Source: Verrucomicrobiota bacterium (GTDB lineage: Bacteria > Verrucomicrobiota > Verrucomicrobiia > Limisphaerales > J093). Taken from it: a stretch of 64,000 nucleotides of DNA. The stretch lies in contig JAAYVR010000068.1 of NCBI GenBank assembly GCA_012517065.1, positions 268 through 64,267 of the forward strand, given 5' to 3'. The notes below the pieces were generated by a model that was given only the letters and a program-made list of their open reading frames with translations, made no database searches and had not been told where the DNA came from. A program made the translations under genes and the position numbers. Positions 38,701-50,700 of the stretch are shown in pieces; within the stretch, counting starts at the first letter, position 1; each line of letters opens with the position of its first letter.

Positions 38701-41700
38701 GCTCCAGGGTCCGATGTCGTGTGTGAACGCATCATCGTTATTGATCGTGATGGTGTAATGGTTGCTTTCGTTGGGCGGGTTTGCGGCGATGTCGGCGTTG
38801 TCAGCGTTGATCAGGTTTACGAAAAAGGTCTCATTCGGCTCGCGTCGTGTGTCGCCAAACACCTTTACTCTGATGGTCCTGGTTAGCTCGCCGGGGGCGA
38901 ACACGATCGTCTGCTGGCTTTTCGGCATGGAGTCATTTGGACTTGGCTCGTAATCGGGGCCGTTGCCGGGGTCATCTGTATAAACAGCTTCGACGGCAGT
39001 ACCCGGCGAGGTGGCATAAGAGACGGTGATTTTGTGGCCGCTGACCTTGGAGAGGCTGACCTCGATGGGGACGCTTGTGTAACCCCAACTGCCTTCGTTA
39101 ATGGCTGTCGAGAACACGAGTGGTTCGCCCGGCTTGTGTATCGAGACGCTTACGGGCGCATCGTCGTCAGGGATTATGCCGTAGGCGCGGCCGTCGCTGA
39201 TCCGGGCGTAAGCGGGGTTGAAAAGATCGACGTAGATTCGTTCGTCTGGTTCATCAAGGTCATCGTCTCTGTAGTGGACTTTGATGCTCTTGAACATCTC
39301 GCCCGCCTTGAAAGTGATCTCGGCCGGGGCGGGCTGGTTATAATCGCCATCCAAGTAAGCGGGATATGGTTTGGCCGGGTTTTCACCGCAAGCGCAACTG
39401 TAGTCGGAATCCACGAGGTACCAAACGGTGACATCGTACTCACTTGGATTGGAGAGAGAAACGATGAACTCGGCGGTTGTGTTTTCCGGGACAGTGTAAA
39501 CTCGCTGGCCGTTTGCGAGGAGTGTCGAGGGCGGGACATAGTCGGCGATGGAAATCTGGGGTACAGCGTCATCGTTGATTATTGTAACGAGGGCGGTCGT
39601 TTCGGGAAGCGTTGGCAGTTTGATACCTGCAGATGGGTTTGAGAGGATAACTTGGAATTGTTGGTGCTCTTCGTAAGTGATGTCGCCAAGTACGACGACG
39701 TTGATTGTCTTGGACGTTTCGCCGGGCGCGAAGACGAGCGTGCCGGACGTTGGTATGTAATCACCCGAATCGGCGATTGCGTTGCGGTGTGAAGCCGGGG
39801 GTGCGTCACCATCCTTAGTACGGTAATTGAGGGAGACGGTTGTACGCTGGGGGCCTGAAAGGGTGACGGTCAATGTGACTGTGGTTTGGCCGGTATTGCC
39901 TTCTGTGACTGATACATCGTTGATTGAGACGAGCGGGTCGCCTTCGTAGCCAGCGGTGACGTTTCGTTCAGTTTCATCGAAGGTTAGTTGAAAGTCGGGC
40001 GTGCGACCTTTGAGCGGTCCGGTTGGGTAAACGTCGCTGTCGTTGGCAGCGGATTCGGCGTCAGGTGCACTGCCGCCAGCGATGAAGTTCATGCCAGCAA
40101 CGGAACTGAAGGTCATGTAATAGCGGTCAGGGTCAAGGCCGGTGAACTTGAATGATCCGTCCACATCGGTTTTGGTTGAGCCGATAAGCAGATCATCATT
40201 GCGGTAGAGGGTCACCGTTACCCCGCCGAAGCCGAGTTCATCGGCGTCTTTGAGGCCATTCTTGTTGAGGTCAAAGAAGATGGCGGACTGTATGGCGATA
40301 CCGGTATCGCGGTCGCCGGTTTTACCCATCGAATCATCGCCGAATATGGAATCGTTGCCCGGACCGCCATCGAAGAAGTCGTTGTCATCTTCCTCGATCG
40401 GTTCGGTTTCACCGTTGTTGAGGAAATTGCCGCCGTACAGGAAATCGTCGCCCGGACCGCCGAAGAGGACATCGATGTTGCCGCCGCCGATCAAGATATC
40501 GTTACCGATGGCCGTGCTGGTGTCACCGGGGATATTGCGAAGGGTGATTCCGTTGGTGGGGATGGCGGCTATTGCAGTGCGAATTGCGTCAAGGTTTGTC
40601 TGAGTGATTGGAAGGCTGTTTATGGTAGCTGGGTTCGCGGGGTCGTCGTCGCCGATAAGAAGGTCAATGCCGCCGTGGCCATTGGCCCAGTCGCTGCCGC
40701 CGCCGCCGAGGAGGAGATCATTGCCCGAGCTGCCGTAGAGCTTGTCGTCGCCGGTGCCACCTTCGAGGAAGTCGTCACCGCGGCTGCCGCGGACGATATC
40801 ATTGCCACCGTCGCCGCGGATCCAGTCGTTGCCCGGGCCGCCTTCGATTGTGTCGTTGCCGAGACCGCCGCGGACGAGGTCGTTGCCGTCGCCGGCGTCG
40901 ATTGTATCATCGCCATCTGGGCTTGTGCCGGTGCCATCGTCGCCGTAGAGCTCATCGGCTTCGGGGCTGCCGGTGATGGTATCGTTGCCGGCGTCACCCC
41001 AGATTTTGATGGCGGTCGGACCGGCGACGAGGATGTCATTGCCGGCTCCGCCATGGATTTCGACGCCTGTGACATCGGTGTTGGGGCTGGCTGTGATTGT
41101 GTCATTGCCGTCGTCACCGAAAGCTTTGGAGTCTTTGCCGTCGCCGAGGAAGATTGTGTCATTGCCCGAGCCGCCGTGGACTTCGACTGTGGAGAGGACA
41201 CCGCGGAAATCGAGGTAATCGTCGCCCTGGCCGGCGTCAGAGACAACGATGTGGCCGACATGCTCGAAGGTTTGTTTGTAGTTGGCCCACTGGACTTCAA
41301 CGGTTTCGTCACCGGCGGCGCCGCCTGTGTGTTTGATGATGAACGTTTCCGAGCTGTCGGAGGTATCGATTTCGAGGCGATTGGGTGCGCGGCTGCCGAT
41401 GTTGATCAACAGATCGGTGCCGGAGCGTTCGGCCAACACTGGTTGCGGGCAGGTGATTTCAAATGAAAAGAGTGTGATTTCGGCGAACCGCCATGTCTTG
41501 TCTATGCTGAAAAAGAACAGATCGATTTTCAGGAATGCCTCGAGGAACAGGTATATTTTGCCTGCGATATCGAAGATGCAGCGCGGGTCTTGCTGGGCGT
41601 TGGCGATGATTTCACTGACGCGCACTTTGCCGTCGTCATTGACGTCGTTGAGGTCGAAAGTGAGTTCGAAGCCGAGGCCGCCTTTGACGCCGGCTTCGAC

Positions 41701-44700
41701 GATGACGAGGTTGATTGAAGCGCCGGCGAACAACTCGCCGTAGAGGCGCAGTTCGGGCTGTTCGTTGCCGCTGGCATCGAAGTCGAGGACGTAGAATCCA
41801 TCGAGAATATCGACCCAGTTCTTGTCTTCGGAACTGATGTATTTCTGGATGCCGTAGGTGTCGTAGCCGAATCCGATATTGATATCAGCGCCGATGGTGC
41901 CGCCGAACTGTGCATAGAGAGGCGGATAGATGGGAATCTTCTGGGTGTAAGTAAACTTGAATTTGAACGTTGGCATGCGCCATTCGACAAGCCGGACGGG
42001 CTCGCCGATGAAGAGGTTGAACAGCTCGGCCGGGTTGTCGAAGATGGGTATGCTGAAGTTGCTGAGACTACCGACGTCGCTCACGAAACCGGAGACCGCC
42101 GAGGTGTAGGTTGAACTGGCGCCCGAAGCTGTTGCAGCGGCAGCAGCGGCCGCGATCTCGTCCATTGTTCTGCTGGCGATGTTTTCGAGGGCCTGGATGT
42201 TGGTGCGGCGCCCGTCTGAACCTTCGAGGAGATTGAAGGACCCGAATGGGATCAGGATTGTGCCTTCGCCGAGGCCTTCGAGTTTGTTGATGAGGCTAAC
42301 CACATCAAGGACGCCCTGGATGAAGTCAACGGTCGAAGGTTCAAGGAGACCAAACAACTCGGCGAGGTCGAGCAGTGTGATTTTTTGGCCAGCGAGGTCT
42401 GAGATGACCGGCAGCCGTGCAGTGACGATGTCGATGATCGGCTGGACGGGTTCAGTGACCTTTCGGATTTCTTTCAGGATCGGGCCGAGGAAATCCGATA
42501 TGAATGTGCCGAGATCAAGGCGGATGTTTGTAAAGGAGATTTGGGGGTCACCGGCGCCATTGTTTGTGTCAAACGTCCAGCCGAGGTGGAAATCGGCGAG
42601 CACGCGCGGGAACGCGGTGTTACCGCCGAAGCTGGCGATGAGGTTGAGGTTGACGTCGGCCTCGGCTCCGAGAACGGCGTGGATGATGTCTTTGAATCTT
42701 GTTCCGCTGGAGAACAACTCGGCCATCGTCAACTTGTTATCGTGGTTGGGATCGGCCAGATCGACCTCGAATGCGCCCTCGAAGAAGCTGGGCGAGTCGG
42801 AGTCATCCATGACGTCGAGTTGCAAGAACAGCAATTGGCCGGCTGCGTGCAAGCCGGGTATTTCGGCGCGGAAGTAGATTCTCAGTTCGGGGTCGGAGGC
42901 AGGCGCGGAGGTGTTGAAATAGAAGCCGTTTGTGAGATCGACGCCAAAGCCGAACTTGAGGTCGAACCCGAGCGACACGACAACGTTTCCATCGACTTCG
43001 AGGCCGAAACCGGGCACGCCGATATCGAAGTCTATCGGGTTCTCTGTGGTATCGAGGAGAGCGATGGACTTGGCGATCCGGATGTTCACTTTGAGGCCGG
43101 TCTCGCAATCCAACGTGACGTCAAGCTGGCTGAACCCGGCGGAGACGTCGAGCGGATCACCTGTTTCGTAATCGACGAGCCAGTTGAGGCCACCGGGGCC
43201 GAGAGAATTCCAGAGGGCCTTCTTGATGGCATTTTCCATTGCGGTAAGGCCGTTGCCGCCCGCGGCTTCGATCTCTTGCTGGAGCTCGCGGAGGAGGCCA
43301 TTCCTGAAATTGCTGATGAAGTTGGCAGCGCCTTTGAGGCCCTTGCCTACGAGCGGGAGGTCAGTGTTGAAAACGATCTCGTTGAGGCCGTCTTCGATCC
43401 AACCAAGGAGCTTGTCAAGGCCGGCCAAGATTTCGTCAAGGCTGTTTGCTATGACATCACAGATTTGCAGGCCGTCGAAAAGGGAACTGAAATTGGGGGT
43501 GACAATAAAGAGCTTCTCGAGTTTGCCGGTGCCGTCGTTGCCTGTGGTGGTGGGGTTGCCGTCGTCGTCGGCCAATTCAGTTGGAGCGAAGTGGCCTGCG
43601 GCGCCGGTTGCGGTTTTGATTGCGTTGAGTGCGACGGTTGCGGTGGTGACACCCGCGTCGATGTTAACTGTAAGCGTGTTGGTTGCAGTGTTGAACGAAG
43701 CGTTGGCGTTGTTGCCACTGAGAGTGTCGAGGAAAATGATTTTGAAATCGGTGTATGTGCCGTCGCTCTTGACGAGGATGTCGTTGTTGAGGCCGGCGAA
43801 CTTGACGGTTTTTTGGCTGCCAGTGGCACGTGTTGAGACTGCTTCGGAGATGAACAGCGTGACAAGGTCGGGGATTTCGATGACAAGGTAATTGTCTGGG
43901 TAACCATCAGTGTTGTTGTCCGCACTGCCACTGAGCGGGGATGACTCGAGTGGGGCGAAGATTGGCAACTGGGCGCTTACGCCGCCTTCGAGTCGCAGGT
44001 CGATGCTGTCGAGATTGAACCAGTTTTCGTCGAAGTAATAACGGCCGCTTGATCTCTTGTTGAGGCCCAATCGGAAGACAGCGCCGCGGTCGTTTGGCGG
44101 GCCGGTGTCGGGGTCACCGTCCTTGTCCAGGGTAACCCGTCCGTTCTTGATGAAGATGCCGAAGACAGAACCGAGCGAGGCTTCGATGTTGATATTTGTG
44201 CCGGTGACTTTGGCGAGCAGATCGACGCCGGTGCTGTCGTAGAAGAACGGTTTGGCTGTGCCCGGCGTGGAAACATCGAACCCGAAGTCGAGGGTCAAGG
44301 CTGCGCTTGCGCTGACGGTAATCTGGCCTTCGCCTTTGATTTGGACCAGAGTGGTTGCGAGGTCGAGGAAAGATCGGATGGTTGGGTTGTCGCCGGCGAG
44401 TTTGCCAAGCAGGTCTTTGAGGTCGAGCTGGAATGGGAGTGAATTGGCGTATGCAGTCGAGAAGACGAAGGAGAACTTGAGGGCGACGGTTGTGATTGTG
44501 CCCTGGCCGGTGTTTGTGCCGGATGGGTCCGGTGGAGCGAGGCTTGCGTTCCAAGGGGAGCTGGCGGCGTTTATGGCGGTGACGATTGCGCTAGCGGTAG
44601 TTTTGCCCGGGTTAATCTTGATGGTGAGACGTTTTGCATTCGCGTCCCACACGACTCTGGCTGAAGCATCAGTGATTGCGGAGTCGCCGACGACCCTGAT

Positions 44701-47700
44701 TGTGGAGCCGTTGAGTCCGGAGCCATTGTCTTTGGCGGTGATAGTGAAGGCGTTGTTATCGCCGTTGTAATTAACTATGAGCGAGCTTTTGGCAGTGGCT
44801 GATCCGCCGGCGGTCACGAGACTGGCTGCAGGAGCCCCGTTTTCATCCAAGGACACTGTCAGGGTGTTGGGGTTGAGATTGAAGAGCACCTCGATTTGAT
44901 GTTCGAGCTCAGCCAACGTCTTCTGGAGCGAGCTTTGCGACCCGCTGCTTGCTGCGGCGTCGATCAGGTCGGCGAATTTGGATGCGTAATCGAGCATGTC
45001 GTTGACGCTGATGTTGACGAACGGGAGTGGCTCGTCGAGGAATGAGAATGCCGAGAGCTGGCTTAGCGTATCGGCGATCATGTTGAGGGCTTTGATGATC
45101 TGAGTGAAGTTGAGGTTTGTGAAATTATCGAGGTTGCCGAGGTTCGGGTAGGTGAGAAAGATGCCCTTGTTGTTGGTTTCCGGGTCGTAGGGATTGGAGT
45201 TGTAATTGAGCTCTGTTATATCGGGTATCCAGATTGAGATTTCGGGGTTTGACCCCAGAGGGAAGGTGAACCCGAGGCCGCCGACGGAGATGTTGGCCAG
45301 GCGCGCGAGGAGGCTGCCTCCGAATTCGAATGCTGGCCCAAGATTCGAGATGTTGTTCGATGAAGTGTTGCTGAGCAATTCGTTGATGTAAAAGCGCTTT
45401 TCGCCAGTGGTTTGGTTTTCTATGGACAATGTTGCGCTGATTGGCGCGGTCGTAACACCGTCATAGGCAAGCGTGCCAAACGCACCGCCCGAAGTGCTGA
45501 TTTCAACGAACCCGAAATTGATTGAACCGTTGATGCCCGCTGCGGTCGTGTTGATCGAGAGTGCCCCTGTGAGTGTGGCGTCCTGGATGAACAAACCTTT
45601 CATCGGGCTGGTGGCGATCGAAACAAAAATGTGGTCGGATTCATCTAGCGGATCGTTCACGGGGTTGAGATCGACCGCTTCCATGCCAAAGCCCATTTCG
45701 GTCGCAAAGGGATCGTTCTTTGGTGAGATGACGATGATTCGGTTGATGATGCCGAGCTTGTCTGGCTTGGCGGAGATTGCGAGTCCGTTGCCTGCCTTTT
45801 GCGCGATGATCACGTCGCTGAGTTTGCCGCCAGCGTAAGATACGGTGGCGAAGACCTGGTTCAGGTCTTCTGCGAGGTTTTCGATGCTATTGTTTCCGGA
45901 TGTCAACCCCAGGGGAAGGGTGATAGGGAAAAGAGTGCTGTATGATGCTGTCGGGATTGGCTCGGCTTCGTTGAGGTAGATTCCGAAGTGGGCGTCAGCG
46001 CTCAGCTTTCCGTTGGCTGGGACCGGGACCATGCCCGAGGTAAAGACACGCGGCACCTCGGCAGCGCCGAGGTCAAATCCGAGTGTGATTTGGAAGCCCA
46101 CGGTGGCGGTGAACTCGAGAGCGCCATTGAGTGCTGCGCTGCCAATCGGGCCCAGGCTGATGTCGAAGTTGAACGGGAGAGTGGGCGAGCCAAAAAGGTC
46201 ACTTGTGCCGTATTGTTTAGTCAGGTTGAGCAGATAAGTATAGACGTTCTGTCTCGGGTCATAGACAGCGCCGCCGTCTCCATCAAGCGTACCATCATTA
46301 AGTATATCAGCCATCGCGCTGAAGAAGCCCTCGGTGCTCCAGCGTTCGACCAGCACCCCTGTGCCGGGCTCGAAGCCGAGCGCGGCAGCAGCGGCGTCTG
46401 CCTCGACCAAAGTCAAGGTGGTGCCCTTGGCGATTTCGTCTTCCGTGAGCGCGATGACGACGCGCTTATCCTTGTTGATGCGTGCCACGACGCGCCCGCT
46501 CAAGGCTGCCGCACCTATTGCTGTGTTGATCAAGGTAACGAGCTCGTTGCCGTCTCGTGTGTTGTTGTCACCCACGTCATCTTGGATCAAAAGCGTAACG
46601 GCTGGTTCTTCGCCGAGTTGGATTGTGAGGATGCCGTGGTGCTCGCCCGAAGTGTCATCATCGCCCAACGTGCCTTCATTCACGGTGGTGTCGAACATTG
46701 AACGGGATTGGAGCTCGACGCTCACCATGTACTTGTAGATTGAGTCGAGGAAAAGCTTCGACCAGTCGAACGCATCGCCGAGAGTCTTTCCGCCGGTGAA
46801 AGGTATCTCGACATCGAACAAGCTCGAGTCGCGGAGTGAATCAAACCACTGCCCAAGCTGGCGCAGCAGAACAACCCATTCGATCGGGCTGGCTTTAGCG
46901 AAATCGAAGTTGGCTATCGCGGCCAGGGGCGGGCCGAGGGTGAAATTGCCGGCACTGTCCACTGCGACGAGCAACACGTTATCACCGGCTCTGCGGAATT
47001 CGACGGTGTCACCGGCCACCTTTACGATCAATTGGAACGGCAGGGCAACGGATCCGATGTGAATGTGTCCGTCAACTGCTATCTGGACATAATTGCCCGA
47101 CGAAAGAGAAAGCGCGCGTGTCCCGTTGGGTGTCGTAACCGAGGCGTTTACGGCAGCGCCAGTGGTATTGAGCTTCAGCCCGATGGTGCCGCTCAACTGG
47201 ACCAACCCGGTCTCGAACTGGAGATCAGCATCGGCTGCGAGCCCTGCACTCGAGAGGACCATTGCTCCGGTGCCGTGGTCGAAAGAGACAACGCTGAGCG
47301 ATCCGGCGTTGAGCGAGAGATGCAGGTCGGTTACACCGATCTTGAAGACTGACTCGAGGGTGGAATCGCCGTTGGTGTCGATTTGAGCTCGTTCGATGAC
47401 GAAGTTGCCGCCGAGTGTGATGGCTTCGAGGATACCGGTGATTTCTGCTGTTCCGGCCACTGCAAGATAGTTGTGGTAGTACGGACCGACGAATCTGATC
47501 GATACGTTGTCGGCGGGATTATCGTTGATCGGCACCACGACGGGGCTGGGGTTGCCAACGTCAGCGCCGGTGTTGTTGAGCTGCAGCTTGAGGTTCTGAG
47601 CGGTGATGTTCAGGACACCCGCACCGCTCAGGCTGGCAGACTGCACTTTGACTTCGCCCGCAATGCCTGATGAGTAAATCACGAACGCGCCTGACCCTTG

Positions 47701-50700
47701 TGACACCTGCAGTCCGATCGTCCCCGACCCGATCAGTGCGCTCACGTCAGAGGCGGCCACGGTGAGGTAGCCGGGTGTTCCGTTGACAAGGGTGATGATG
47801 AACCGTCCGGAAATCGAAATCGATTGAGTGTCGCCGTCGATTGGAACGTTGATTGTAATCGGCGTTGGTCCTGAATCGAGTTTGTTGAACGGACCAGCGG
47901 GGAGGTCGAGGGCGGTTGGGTTGCCAAAGACCTGGTTAACCGCATTTCCCATTGTGTTGAAGGCCCAGTCGAAAGTGTGTGAGAAGCCTGTGCCGAAAGC
48001 GTTCACATGGACGGTTATCGAGCCCTTGCCGGCAATACCGGCGTCGTTGATTGCGAAGAAGCCGTTGCCGTTATCGGCCGTGAGGAGGCTGGTCCCGAAA
48101 TTGAAGCTCACCGAGTTTGCGGTCACGGTTATCATGCGGGAGCCGCTTTGAGAAGTGCGCTGCTCGAAGGTGAAGTTACCGGTCAATGTGGCTCCGAGGA
48201 AACCGAGTGAAACTCCCGTGCCACTGACGCGCAGGTAAGGGCCGGCCGGAAGATCAATGGTGACCGTTGATGCGCCCACGCTGACGGTTTCGCTGACGGC
48301 TGATGTCGAATTGTTGATGCTGACGGCGAATGAGCCTCCGATGGTCACACCGGGCACGTTGAGCGAGACTGTCGCGCCAGCCGTGCCGGCCAGGCTTGTG
48401 GCTGTTATAATGAAAGCTCCACTGCCGCCTGTAACGCTAAGCAGGTTGTTCGCTGTTGCGCCCAGATTCAGCGACAGACCGGACGCTGCCACTGTCACTA
48501 CCCATTCGCCGCCTGTTGTGGTTTGGGTGCGCTCGAACGTGAAGTTCCCTGTAACGCCTATGCCCTGCACAGTGAGGGATGCGCTCGTGGCGCTAACCCT
48601 GAGGAACGGTCCGGCGGGCACGTTCACTGTGACGCTGGTGCCGTTTACGTTTAAGGTCTGGTTGTAAGCGGTGTTCGAGTTGTTAAGCGAAACTGAGAAA
48701 GAACCGCTCAGGCCAAGGCCGGATACTGCCAGAGCGACGGTGGCCGACGCCGAACCAACGATGCCCTGGCTGCGGAAAACAAACGCACCTGTGCCGTTGG
48801 TGACGCTCAGGATCGGATTCGTGCCATCACCAAAACCGAATGACAAGTTAGCGACTCCGACGGCAACTTCCTCGTACCCGTTGCCGGGGTTCGAGTCCGC
48901 ATCGCGCGGCTCGAATGCGAAATCGCCCTCGAGGCTTGCCTGCGGCGTGGTCAGGCCGATAAGCCCATGGCCACGCACGCGGTAATATCGTCCTGCGGGC
49001 AGGTTAACAGTTGTACCGGCGATTTCAGAAACAGCGCTTTCAGAGGTGTTTAAGGCCAAAGTCAACCCTGTCGCGCTCAAAGTGATGTTCGGGATGGCCG
49101 GCCCAAGGGCGAAATCGAGGGTCAAAACACCCGCCAAATCGCCGCCGATCAGCGCGAATGTGCCGAAGCCATTCTGGACGCTCAACACACGGCTTGTGCC
49201 CGCGCCGAGCTGGAAACTGACGTTTTCGGCTTCGAGCACGGTTTGTGTGCCAGTGTTTCTGAACGTGAAAGTCCCGGTGAGCGTTTGTCCCATTATGGTC
49301 AAGGTGCTGGCCACACCAAGGCTCAGCTCTGGGGCGCGCGTGAACAGATCATCAGATTGAACGTACACGACATATGTTCCGCTCAGGGAAAACCCTGCAA
49401 AACTGAGCGAGCCAGTCAACGGAAGGACCGCATCGAGCGTGCCGATCTTGTTCAAGTTGAACGCATTTCCGATGTTGGATGCGCCAAGTCCCGCGAGGGT
49501 TGACTGGGTTATTCGGCCGCCGGTGAGAATGCTCTCGTCCGGCGTTGCCAGGACGGCAGCGTCGAGGTTAATTGAACCGCCGTTCACATTCAGACTCTGA
49601 GTCCCACCGGGTGTGTTGAAACTGAACCCGAAGCCGCTCAAACCCGTCGCATTGATTCGCGCGCGCAATCCAATCGAACGAACGCCAACAAAGAATCCCG
49701 TCCCGCTCTCATAACCAAAGGAAATGTCCAGCACAACGGCGCTGCTCACGTTAACCGTGGGGCTCCCATTGAACATCGCGCCAAACACCCCGCCGAGCAC
49801 GTCTTGCAGGGACCGATTTACTGCCGCCGGCGACAGTTCAAGATTGATGTCCCACCACACTGGTTCTGCCCCAGACGACCCGTAGTGGCCGAGAACACCT
49901 TTCACGTCAGCGGTGAATCCAGCGTAGTTTGTGCCGTCCCAGCCTTCGATCGATGACGTCACCTGTGAGACTCGGGGCAGCGTGGCGAGCAAGGAGGAAA
50001 TCCGGCCCTGGATGGCATTCAGGATTGCGGTTTGGGGATCGATCAAGCTGGCCACGCCAGTGCCGATCATGGGGATCGATTCGGCGAAAGCCTCGAGCCC
50101 CTCGAGTGCGTTACTCACATTCGCCAAGGTTCCCAGTCCGGCGTTGATTGCACCTGTGGCGTCACCGGTTAGAGCAGGAGTCTCGACCACGGTGAGCGTC
50201 AGGCCAGTGGCTGAGTAAGTCGGCTTGAACGACCAGGTCGGATGCCCGGGGATCGACGCGGTGCCGAGCCAGTTGGCGAACTCACCTTCAACGGTCGTCC
50301 ATGTGAAAATGAGGAAACTGTTCCCCAAGCTGGGAACAAATCCCCCGTAAAGTTGAATTTGGACAGTGCCACCGAGCCGTGCGAGCCCTGAAACATTGAT
50401 CTGGTCCCAGCCATTGGGATCGATTCCGGGGCCGGCGGTTCCGCCGATCTCGATGAGTGTGGTGCCCTCCGAGCCCTGGGTAAACTCGGAAACGTTTACT
50501 ATGCCTGGTGAATTGCCGGGCGATACCAAACCCGCGTTGAACAACCCACCTTGCAATGTGACATTGCCCGCCAGGACTTGCCCGACTTCAACAACCAAAC
50601 TTCCCCCATCCGCACTGCCTGTACTGGTCCCTATCAACTGACCTGGTGTTTCAGCAGCCGAATCCGCCGGGGGACCATTAGCCGCGCGCAGAGTTTCTGT